In this document: positions 1-14,500 of the stretch, one piece after another | How the letters are laid out: the number at the start of each line of letters is the position of its first letter | Position numbering within the stretch: the first letter of the stretch is position 1 | NCBI RefSeq assembly: GCF_009914755.1 | Contig: NC_060947.1 | Direction: 5' to 3' (one strand) | DNA: 64,000 bases | Source of the DNA: the human T2T-CHM13v2.0 reference genome, Homo sapiens | Notes under the pieces: generated by a model | Seen by the model: only the letters and a program-made list of their open reading frames with translations | Databases searched by the model: none | What the model was told of the DNA's origin: nothing | Translations under genes and position numbers: made by a program

Positions 1-1477
1 CATCACCAAGACAATCCTAAGCCAAAAGAACAAAGCTGGAGGCATCACGCTACCTGACTTCAAACTATACTACAAGGCTACAGCAACCAAAACAGCATGC
101 TACCAGTATCAAAACAGAGATATATACCAATGGAACAGAACAGAGCCCTCAGAAATAATGCTGCATATCTACAACTATCTGATCTTTGACAAACCTGACA
201 AAAACAAGAAATGGGGAAAGGATTCCCTATTTAATAAATGGTGCTGGGAAAACTGGCTAGCCATATGTAGAAAGCTGAAACTGGATCCCTTCCTTACACC
301 ATATACAAAAATTAATTCAAGATGGATTAAAGACTTAGATGTTAGACCTAAAGCCATAAAAACCCTAGAAGAAAACCTAGGCAATACCATTCAGGACATA
401 GGCATGGGCAAGGACTTCATGTCTAAAACACCAAAAGCAATGGCAACAAAAGCCAAAATAGACAAATGGGATCTAATTAAACTAAAGAGCTTCTGCACAG
501 CAAAAGAAACTACCATCAGAGAGAACAGGCAACCTAGAGAATGGGAGAAAATTTTTGAAATCTACCCATCTGACAAAGGGCTAATATCCAGAATCTACAA
601 AGAACTTAAATAAATTTACAAGAAAAAGTCAAACAACCCTATGAAAAAGTGGGCAAAGGATATGAACAAACCCTTTTCAAAAGAAGACATTTATGCAGCC
701 AACAGACACATGAAAAAATGCTCATCATCACTGGTAATCAGAGAACTGCAAATCAAAACCACAATGAGATACCATCTCACACCAGTTAGAATGGTGATCA
801 TTAAAAAGTCAGGAAACAACAGGTGCTGGAGAGGATGTGGAGAAATAGGAACACTTTTACACTGTTGGTGGGAGTGTAAACTAGTTCAACCATTGTGGAA
901 GACAATGTGGCAATTCCTCAAGGATCTGGAACTAGAAATACTATTTGACCCAGCAATCCCATTACTGGCTATGTACCCAAAGGATTATAAATCATGCTAC
1001 TATAAAGACACATGCACATGTATGTTTATTGCAGCGCTATTCACAATAGCAAAGACTTGGAACCAACCCAAATGTCCATCAATGATAGACTGGATGAAGA
1101 AAATGTGGCACATATACACCTTGGAATACCATGCAGCCATAAAAAAGGATGAGTTCCTGTCCTTTGTAGGGACATGGATGAAGCTGGAAACCATCATTCT
1201 CAGCAAACTATCACAAAGACAGAAAACCAAACACTGCATGTTCTCACTTATAGGTGGGAATTGAACAATGAGAACACTTGGACATAGGGCGGGGAACATC
1301 ACACACCGGGGCCTGTCATGGGGTGGGGGGATGGGAGAAGGATAGCATTAGGAGAAATACCTAATGTAAATGACAAGTTAATGAGTGCAGCAAACCAACA
1401 CAGCACACGTATACATATGTAACAAACCTGCATGTTGTGTACATGTACCCTGGAACTTAAAGTATAATAAAAAAAAT
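1..1477 (+). mobile_element. LINE-1 (L1PA5/6-like), 3' part of ORF2 plus 3'UTR and short A-tail; extends beyond window start
   Basis: ORFs 158-613 and 641-1264 translate to the L1 ORF2p C-terminus (…[18 protein letters not shown]…, …[20 protein letters not shown]…, ending SLIGGN), split by a premature TAA at ~611; G-rich 3'UTR; ends ttaaagtataataaaaaaaa. Confidence 0.95.
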
Positions 1478-2675
1478 TAACTACTCATATTAAAAAAAAG
1501 ACTTTTTAAAAGTCGTTTTAAAGTATAAATACACACACACACACAAACAAAAGAGAACCTAATTTCCGTGGGGTTAGGTCTAAAATTTTAACCTAATTTC
1601 AATGGGGTTAGGCTTAAACATTCAAGTGTTTCATTGGCTATAGGATAATGTATAAAAGAAATGGCCACAGGTTAATATACAGCAGCATAAGTACAATAAA
1701 AGGAATGGAGAGCACCGCCCACACAGATTCTGATGGGGACGGCATCCCTGAAAATTGGGCAGTATAGTAGCCCTGAGTGAGCCTTAGCCGGTGCCCTGGG
1801 TGAATGACCAAGGTAGATAAGGATAGTGCTTCTGCATTCTTCAACTCTTCATTTATTCTTAATTTCTAAGAGAAGTGTACATCAGGAGACACAATGAAGA
1901 GAAATATGTGAAAAGGAGTGATTGACCTATTAAAATTAGAAGTTTCAAACTGCTAAAAGTAAAAAGGAGTGCAATTAATAGATGCACAGGGCCAAAATCA
2001 ACTAGCACTGTTTCAGAAACTGGAATCTATGTTCACCCTAATTAGCATCCTCTGTAGCAAGAAGTCTTAACCAACCTTGACAGGAAGGAGAGTTTCAAAA
2101 ACAAATGTGATTGATTGACAATGAATTTCTTTTCAGCACTTTTACCTCTGAAGTAGTTTTCTATGGAAATTTATGGCTTTATATTAATTATGAAGTTAAG
2201 AGTCGGTCTCTATAAAAAAAATCTTGAGAATTATTTTATTTAACACATATTTCTTCCATATCCCCCAGGAGAAAATATCTAGCAATTTCTTTTTTGTGTT
2301 TTTATTTTTAAAAATAAACTCACTTTCATATACACGCATATCTAGGGATTTATAAAAGAAAAACTCAAATCATAAATTTCTGGGACCTTATCTATTCTTT
2401 CCTTGATTATCAGAATATTAAATGTTGATGATTTTAAAAAAAACATCTGGACATATTTGAGAAATAGCACACTGGGAGGCAATCTTCTAATATTTCTCCT
2501 GAGATGACAGAACATGTCATAATAAGGACAGAAGCCCACCATTTGCCTACCAGTCCTGAGTTGCTCATCACTCTTGGGTATACTAGAAGGAGTGATGGAT
2601 ATACTCTAAAATGGTTCCTGACCAGATGCTGTGACATGCAGTGATTTCCAGAGCTCTGGAAATTAGACCTCATAG

Positions 2676-2832
2676 AGCAGGTGACATTTGAGAAAAGACT
2701 TACAGCAAGTAAGGAAGTGAGCTAAGGGGTTATCTGTAGATGAATATCTGAGACAGAGAGACCAGTAGGTACAAAGGTCCTGAGACAGAAATTTGACTGG
2801 CATGTTTGAGGAACAGTAAAGAGGCCAGTGTG
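2676..2832 (-). mobile_element. L2 LINE fragment
   Basis: gaggtgacatttgag…caaaggtcctgag…gcatgtttgaggaacagtaaagaggccagtgtg resembles the antisense L2 3' region. Confidence 0.6.
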
Positions 2833-2994
2833 TTATGTCCCCCAGGCATTATTCAGGTAGATGAGAGTGCTGCCAAGCAGGAAAAACCTTTGGCCAAACT
2901 ACTTTTCATTGCTGTCATTGGCACCCTCTGAGGAGGCCCTCAGTGGGTGAGAGATGGGGGACTCTAGAGATCATGGGTGACAGTTAAAGGGAAC

Positions 2995-5795
<2,801 letters not shown>

Positions 5796-5825
5796 AAACA
5801 AACAACAACAATAAAGCCTACTTAA

Positions 5826-6058
5826 GGCTTCTGGAGTCAGACTCACCTAGGTTTAGATCCTCCCTCTGCCACTTACTAGCTCTATGAACTTGGGCAAGGT
5901 ACCACATCTCACTGGGCCTCTGTTTCCTCCTGCATAAAATGGAATATGAAAATCGACCTGATAGGGTTGTTGTGAGAAATGTCATGAGGTAAGTGTGATA
6001 GCATATATAATGCATATGGCTATTAGTTAGGAAGCACTCAATGAATGGAAGGTATGGT
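5826..6058 (+). mobile_element. MIR SINE
   Basis: ctggagtcagac…ctctgccacttactagc…ttgggcaag…ctctgtttcctcctgcataaaatgg…agggttgttgtgag MIR core. Confidence 0.85.
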
Positions 6059-7414
6059 TAAAAGCCATGTGTGCTTTTGCTACCTGGTGGGGAGGCAGCA
6101 GCTTGTAGGGTTCCTGGAGTATGGCAGAAGAGATCGGTAAACTTTAGAAGAGAGCTGAAGCAGGAAAGAGAGCCAGCCAGGAGCATCTACCAGGAGCCAG
6201 AGTGTGGAGCTAGGAAATGGGAGCGCAGTTCAGATGAGAACAAGGAGCATAAATCAAAGGGGCTCTCAACATGAGGCTGAGCTGTTGCCCCAGCCTCATT
6301 TTTAGTTTCTCTCCATATTTTCGAACATGGGAAGGCCACCTGTGTTTAAAATCTCTCAGGTAGTGTAAGCCAAGTGAGGCAAACCCCTCAAAGTGGCACT
6401 GTCATTATCTTAATTGGTATTTCACCCGCTCCCCTCTTTTATTAGTTCAATCTTTTGGTCTGATTCAATCTTATGCCAACTTTTCTAACAGGATGAAAAT
6501 AAGCCATGGCTTAGAGATCTGAAGATATGTTGCTTATTGATATTATTTGAAAGGAAGTGTCATTGATATTATATTATCCAGTCCCATCTTGGGAAATAGT
6601 AGAGAGGTTCTCAAAGTACATGGAGGCCAGGCTACAAATTTGCATGTACAGAGTTACTCTTTGAAAATGAGCTCTAGCAGTCCCTACTTCATTGATTTTG
6701 TGGTGCTTACTTCATTTACTAATTTAGTTTTTGCTTCATTAATTTGCTTAGAATTGCTTTAACATTTTAAATGCCAGCAGCAATTCCTCTTCCACAACTA
6801 TACAATGAAAATGTGTGCTTGCATTTTCCCTTCCCATTTACTCTCTTACTTCTGCAATCTCATATGCACGCCACACTTGATTTTCCAATTTGCTAATTAT
6901 CCATGGGAAATATTTGATCTCATGTTTATTCTCACTCTCCCTAACACAGGCTTCTAGTGGTTTTTATTCTTTTCCCTCTTTCTTTCAGGGGAAGAACCTA
7001 AAGAAGACCTAAAATGCTTTGGCTTCAAGATCAAGACTAATACCTCTCAATTAGATGTTTCTGAGACCTTTGAATATGGGTTCTTACCTCTTCTAAGAAA
7101 AGAACTGTGACATATTGCTCTTTTGAATTCACATTGTGACAACAATGTGATACATGCACAACTACTACGCAACAGGCACTAAATGCTACCATCACAAAAT
7201 CCAAAGCTAGTAATGGGAGAAGGGAATTATAGAAAAATTCAGAGTCTGTACTTGGAAAGGATGTGCAGGCTCTACACTTTTCCATAAAATCTATGGCACT
7301 GGGCATGGCTAAGAGAAGATACAAAATAGGGAGAAGTCAGTTGTACAAGTTTAGTGCTGCATACCTATATGGACTCTCCCTGTAAGACAATAGCTACTCT
7401 GGAAAATGTGCTGG

Positions 7415-7758
7415 TATATTAGTCCATTTTCACACTGCTGATAAAGACATACTCGAGACTTGGAAATTTACAAAAGGAAGAGGTTTAATGGACTCACAGT
7501 TCCATGCAGCTGGGGAGGCCTCGCAATCATGGCATAAGGTGAAAGGCACGTCCCACATGACAGCAGACAATAGAAGAGAACTTGTACAGGGAAGCTCTCC
7601 TTTATACAACTATCAGATCTCGTGAGACTTACTCACTATCATGAGAATAGCATGGGAAAGACCCGCCCCCATGATTCAGTTACCTCCCACTGGGTCCTTC
7701 CCATGACACATGGGAATTCAAGATGAGATTTGGGTGAGGACACAGCTAAACCATATCA
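7415..7758 (-). mobile_element. THE1B-like MaLR solo LTR
   Basis: tatattagtccattttcacactgctgataaagacat…cacagctaaaccatatca is the reverse complement of a THE1 LTR; exact 5-bp TSD gctgg (7410-7414 / 7759-7763). Confidence 0.92.
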
Positions 7759-8345
7759 GCTGGTTTTCTTAGCTCTCAGGGGATTCAAGTTGCCTAGGAG
7801 CAAAAAAAATTCCCATTCTCTCATTACTGCACAGCAGATGCTGTTCATTGATGGCAGAGCTGAGCTATGAGGAGTCTCAAGACCTTCTTCAGTGGGCCTT
7901 CATAATTTAGACTTAATTATATACTCTTAGTGCTGCCTGGTACTTTTTTTTGAAAGAACATTTTTTTGATGCAACCCACAGCTGAAATCAAAGGCTCAAT
8001 TTAGTGTGTTTCCAATGAAATATCATATATTTGAGGAAATTACTAGGGGGAAAGCCCAAATACCATACTGGATGGATGACTTGTCTAACCACGCAGGGGC
8101 TTCCCATTTGTGAAATAGACCACTGTAATGTGTGTTTCTTGGCAGGGCTGATGTCTTAGTTTTTTAAAAAAAATTCCTAGTACATATGGGGGCACTCAAT
8201 CTTTGAAGAACAAATGAAGCTATCATAGAAATGTGATGTTTATTACATATGTTACAGAAATTGGAATATTTTAAAAGTTTTAAACAAATTTGCTTCCTAG
8301 CTAAAGACAGAGTAAAGAAAGAATAAGTAGCAGAGTAATAAATTT

Positions 8346-8652
8346 CTTTTGTTTTTTTCTTCAATTTTTATTTTAAGTCCCAGGGTACATGTACAGGATG
8401 TGCAGGTTCATTACATAGGTTGACATGTGCCATGGTGGTTTGCTGCACTTATCAACCCATCACGTAGGTATTAAGCCCAGCATCCATTAGCTATTCTTCC
8501 TGATGCTCTCCCTCCCCCCACATGCCCCTTCCTACAGGCCTTGTGTGAACCCCAGTGTGTGTTGTTCACCCCCATGTTTCTATGTGTCCTCATTGTTCAG
8601 CTCCCACTTATAAGTGAGAACGTGCAGTGTTTGGTTTTCTCTTCCTATGTTT
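8346..8652 (-). mobile_element. 5'-truncated L1PA (L1PA10-13-like) 3'UTR
   Basis: T-rich tail, gggtacatgtacaggatgtgcagg…cccacttataagtgagaac; degenerate TSD gcagagtaataaatttct / gcaaagtgataaatttct. Confidence 0.88.
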
Positions 8653-9149
8653 GGCAAAGTGATAAATTTCTATCCTGTGCAAATGACAGCCTGTGCTGAG
8701 GACAGCCTCTTAACAATGATAGCTGCTTTATTTCCTAAGTAAGTTTGATAATTACAAATCAGACATTCATAATAAAGCCAGGATCATCCCATTTTTCTTT
8801 GGTTTAAGACGTTTCATAAGGCAGGAGGATATAATTAAACAATGATTGGCTTTTGGACTAAGAATATACTCACAAACACCGTGAATTAATTAAAAAAACA
8901 AAATAATTTGAGCATTTTTTCCTGCTGTGGCTAATATTTGACATTTGGTACATTCATTGTAAAGTTATCAATTCCAATTTTTACTGCAAACTGAAATGGC
9001 TATTTTTTCTTTCTTTCTATTTTTAATTTTAAGCAAATGTACCAGTATTATTTTCTTTCTAAATGAGTATTATCCTTCAGACTAGTCTCCTCACTGAAAA
9101 TACACTCATTCCAATGATGTCCCAATTGTTCAAATCGTTTTTGTTGCTA

Positions 9150-9262
9150 CTCTCTTCATTCATTTATTCCGTAAGAGTCTGTGCCAGACACTATGGTACA
9201 TCCTGGAGACAGAGTGGAGAGCAACGCTTGGCCTCTGACTTTCCAGAGTTTTCAGTCTAGTC
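9150..9262 (-). mobile_element. L2 3'-end fragment
   Basis: ttcattcatttattc…tgtgccagacact…gttttcagtctag matches the antisense L2 terminus pattern. Confidence 0.55.
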
Positions 9263-9659
9263 TCATGGTGCTGCCCTCAAGACAGTTGTGGTTCTCATAG
9301 GAAAACCACTCATTTAATAGTTTCTTTCTCTCGCTAAATCTTTTCTGTCAGCCTGATTACAGAACCGATATACATGTATCTGAATGAGTGTTTACAAATC
9401 AAATAAAACCAAAAAAGCAAATTACCACCTTAGTAGCCTTACTTCTATCCATTAGTCTCCCTCCTCTGGGTTATCCCCACTGGTCTCCCTGCTCACTACC
9501 TTAATCCACTACCATTTAAAACCCTTTAAAAATTTTTATTTCTTCATTGTCCTTAAGAGAGGGTCAACACTACCCTTCTGATCTCATCTCTTGCCTCATC
9601 TTCTTTTCAAGTTTAGCAATCTAGGCTACCTCTGTGATGGGCATTATCTGAGACCTTGC

Positions 9660-10250
9660 AGATCTCAGGCTACTCTTCTGTTGCTTTTACATGTGAAAGA
9701 CAGCTTTGCTGGGTCTAAATCCTTAGGCCACTGTCATTGTCCCTCAAAACCTTGTAGACACTGCTCCTTTGTTTTTTGGTGTTTTTTTTTGTTGTTGAAA
9801 TGGACAAATAATAGATAACTTGATTTGAGTCTTTGTTTGCTGCTTGAGTGCTGGCAGGAATCTTTTTAATAATAATTTATCAGGATATATCTGGATTATA
9901 TATCGATCTTAGTTCAATTTTGTCTGAAATGTGGAAAATGGCAATCCTCTCCAAATCCAATTTCAGATAATTTTTCTGAACTGAAAATTTTCTTCGATTA
10001 TAACTTTGATTGTTGTTTCTAATCCATTTGCTCCATTTATTTCCTCAGAAGCAACTGGTACTGGTAGGTAGAATATGTCACCTATCTTCCACAATGGGTA
10101 TTTTGTTCTCTAATCCCTACCAAGCATTTTCGAGATGTTTTTCGATATAATTCTCTGTTTCAATGATTCAGCTTTCTGTTGTGTCAAGTCTACTTACTCC
10201 TTTTGATTTATTCTTTCATCTTGATTATTGCATTTTTCTGTTTGGTTGCA
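9660..10250 (-). mobile_element. Highly diverged L1ME-type fragment
   Basis: tgaaagacagctttgctgggtctaaatccttagg, gaaaattttcttcgattataactttga resemble antisense old-L1 ORF1-region sequence. Confidence 0.45.
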
Positions 10251-11599
10251 TCATGGGAATCTGGGATGGAAGATTGTATACATTCCTAAATGATCATGGA
10301 ATGTGTTTGCTCCTTTATTTTCACTTTTATTGCAGAAAAACCTCATTTTTTTTCTGATTGTCTCATACCTGTATTAAAGGCAATTTGGGAGGTTTTCTGG
10401 TGACCTCACTCATCTCATTGCCTTCCTGGAGGACAGATGTATGCATTTAAACCCAACATAAATGCTGAATTCTGTGAATTTTATTAGCATATCTTTAAAA
10501 GCACCAACATGCATTTACTGCAACTGCATTAGCCATAACCTGGATAGGTCTCCCATATTTTGTAACTATGTTCACAGTCCTTTTCTATAAATTATTGTAC
10601 TTTATGTTGATTCTTATTTTTAAATTAAAAAATGCATAACTAAAACTCATTTTTACTCTCCATGTTCTTGATGTTTTCTTGATCTTTCCATGTCTCTTTA
10701 CCATGTCTCTTAGTAAATGTAGCACCTTATATACATCTGCTAATAGCTCAATTAAAACACTACATTAAATTTTGGTCATTAATTTTATTTCCTTCAAAAT
10801 GAAGATAACTTTTTTTCTGATCACAAAAGTAATACATACTCTATAAAAACTCGGGCAATATAGAATCAGTTCACGTGTTTTGAAAAGAAGTTCATAGAAG
10901 GGAAAAATGATATAGGTGATAATGGTTCGATTTCTAGGGAGAAATTGATGGAACTAAATTATGCCACCTAGGAAAGAAGTAGTTAGACACGTAGGTGCTG
11001 TTTTATTCATTTTTTGAAATTCTTAAGATAATGTCCAGGCTCTTAGAAAAGGAAGAAAATCTTTTGCCTGATAACTCTCAGAAACTGCTAAATACTTAGG
11101 AAATACAGTTATGCAAGGCTCAAAGAATATGTAGTTCAACTATCTATTTAAAAATCAGATGTTGTACATGTTTCTAACTATCTGAAATGCCTGCATGTTT
11201 ATGATAGAGGGAGCATTTAATGGGGTTGGACAGACTGGATTTCCAGACTCCAAAATACAGATGACGAATTGCAAATTCCTTCTACTTTATCCCTATGGGT
11301 TATGGTTTCCTCCTTAAAAGCTGTATTTGAATGATATATAGTGGCTGGTAATAGCATCTAGCTCCAACCTTGGAACTCCCTTTGGAACTCTGTAAAGCTT
11401 ATGGTTTTTGTTCATATTCCTTTCTTTTAAAAGAATAGATCCCATGTTCTATTCTGAAGGACTATTAGTTGGAGCAGCAATTAGTAGGACTATTAATAAG
11501 TCCTTTCAAATATAAATGTGTACGTATGCAGTTACAGACGTGACTGTAAATATGAAATGCATATATAAATAATGCATATTTTCAAACAAAATGCAAACT

Positions 11600-14500
11600 T
11601 TTCTTTTTAATTTTTTTAAATTAATAGATACAACTGTACATATTTGACATGGCAACATGATGCTTTGGAGTATACCTACATTGAAGAATGACTAAATCTA
11701 GCGAATTAAGATATGCACTACCTCACATAGTTATCATTTTTGTGCTGAAAACATTTTGCATCCGCTCTCCGTATTTTTCAAGAATACATTATTAACTATA
11801 TTTACCATGTTGTACAATAGATCTCTTGAACTTATTCCTCTTATTGAATTGAAGTTTTATATCCTTTGACCAACATTTCCCCAGCCACACTATAGCCACC
11901 TCAGCCTCTGGTAATTACCATTCTACTATATTTCTATGAGGTCAACTTTTTTAGCTTCCACATATGAGGGGGATCGTGTGGTATTTGTTTTTCTGTGTCT
12001 GGCTTATTTCACTTAGGTAATGTCCTCTAGGTTCATCCGTGTTGTTGCAAGTTACACGATTCCTTCTTTTTTATGACTGAATAGTATTTGTTTGTGTATA
12101 TACCACATTTTCTTTATACAGTCATTAATTGGCAGACACTTAGGTTGATTCTATATCTTGGCTATTGTGAATAATGCTGCAATGAATATGGGAGTGTAGG
12201 TATCCCTTTGACATACCAATTTCATTTCCTTTGGATATATACCCAATAGTAGGATTGCTAGATCATATGATAGTTTTATTTTTAATTTTTTGAGGAATCT
12301 CCATACCATTTTCCATAATGGCTCGACTAATTTAGATTTCCCCCAAGAGTATGCATGTGTGTCCTTTTCTCCACATCCTTTCCAACACTTGTTATCTTTT
12401 GTCTTTTTGATTATAGCCATTCTAACAGGTGTGAGGGGATATCTCATTGTGGTTTTAATTTTCATTTTCCTCATCATTAACAATGCTGAGCATTTTTTCA
12501 AATAACTGTTGGCCAGTTCTATGTCTCCCTTTAAGAAATATCTACTCAGGTCTTTTGCCCATTTCTAAATTAGATTACTATTTTTTTTCTTTTGCTATGG
12601 AGTTGAGTTCCTCATATATTTTGTATGTTAACCTCTCATCACATACATAATTTGCAAATATTTTCTCCCATTCTATAGATTGTCTTTTTACTCTGCTGAT
12701 TTTTTCCTTTGCTGTGCAAAGCTTTTTAATTCGATGCAATGCCATTTGTCTATTTTTGGTTTTGTTGCCTGTGCTTTTGTGGTCATATCCAAAAATTATC
12801 AGCCAGAACAATGTCATGGAGCATTTTTCCTATGGTTTCTTCCAGTAGTTTCATAGTTTTGGGTCTTTCATTTAAGTCTTTCATGCAAGTCTTTCATGCA
12901 GGTTAAGTTGATGTTTATATATGGTGTGAGATAGGGCCTAATTTCATTCTTCTGCATGTGAATATCCAGTTTTCCCAACACCATTTATGAGACTGCCCTT
13001 TCCTTATTTTATGTTCTTGATACCTTTGTGGAAAATTAATTGGCTATAAATGTGTGAATTTATTTCTGAGTTGTCTATTCTGTTACATGTGTCTGTTTTT
13101 ATGCCACTCCTTTTCTGTTTTGGTTACAATAGGTTTGTCATATATTTTGAAGTCAGGTAGTGTGATGCCTTAAGTTTTGCTCTTTACAGTGAAGATTCCT
13201 ATGGCTAATCAGGACCTTTGTGGCTCCCTATGACTTTAAGGATAGTTCTTTGTATTTCTGTGAAGAATATCATTGTTATGTTGATAGAAGTAGTGTTGAA
13301 ACTGTGGATAACTTTGGGTAGTACAAATGTTTTTAAAATATTATTTCTTCCAATTTGTGTACAGGTGATAGCTCTGCATTTATTTGTGTCTTTTTCTTTC
13401 ATCAATATGTCATTGCTTTCAGTGTACAGATGTCTTACCTCCTTGGTTAAATTTATTCCTAAGTATTTGTGGAGTTTTGGAAATGAGATTGTTTTCCTGA
13501 TTTCTTTTTCATATTGTTTGCTGATAGTGTATATAAATGCTACTGATTTTTGTATGTTATTTTGTATTCTGTAACTTTACTGAATTTGTTTATTAGTTAT
13601 AACAGTATTTTGGTAGAGTCTTTAGGGTTTTCTATATATAAGGTCATGTCATCTGGAAACAGGGATAATTTAAATTCTTCCTAATTTGAATGCCTTATAT
13701 TTCTTTTTCTTGTTTTATTGCTCTGGCCTCAGACCTCTGTTACTATATTGAATAAAAACGGCAAGAGTGGGCTTCCTTTTCTGATATGGTTTGGCTGTGT
13801 CCCCACCCAAATCTCATCTTGAATTATAATCTTCAAGTGTCCTGGGAGGAACCTGGTGGGAGGTAATTGAATCATGGGGCCAGTTTCCCCCATGCTGTTC
13901 TCATGATAGTGAGTGAGTTCTCATGAGATCTGATGGTTTTATACGTGTCTGGCATTTCCCCTGCTGGCACTTCTCTCTCTTGCCACCATGTGAATAAGGA
14001 CATGTTTTCTTCCCCTTCCACCATGATTGTAAGTTTCCTGAAGCCTCCCCAGACACGTGGAACTGTGAGTCAATTAAACCTCTTTTATTTATAAATTACC
14101 CAATTTCAGGTATTTCTTCATCCCAGCATGCGAATGAATTAATACAGTAAATTGGTATCAAGGTAGTGGGGTGCTGCTATAAGGATATCAAAAAATGTGG
14201 AAGTGACTTTGGAACTGGGTAACAGGCAGAGTTTGGAACACTTTGGAGGGCTCAAAAGAAGACCGGAAAATGTGGGAAAGTTTGGAACTTCCTACAGACT
14301 TGTTGAATGGTTTTGACCAAAATGCTGATAGTGATATGGACAATGAAATCCAGGCTGAGGTGGTCTCAGATGGAGATGAGGAACTTGTTGGGAACTGGAG
14401 TAAAGGTCACTCTTTCTATTCTTTAAGAGACTGGAGGCATTTTGCCCCTGCCCTAGAGATCTGTGGAACTTTAAACTTGAAAGAGATGATTTAGGGTATC

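Noticed and set aside
6271-6299. Small hairpins (atgaggctg…cagcctcat; also ~45496-45520 and ~47726-47749)
   Set aside because: 8-9-bp arms with spacers are expected by chance in 64 kb
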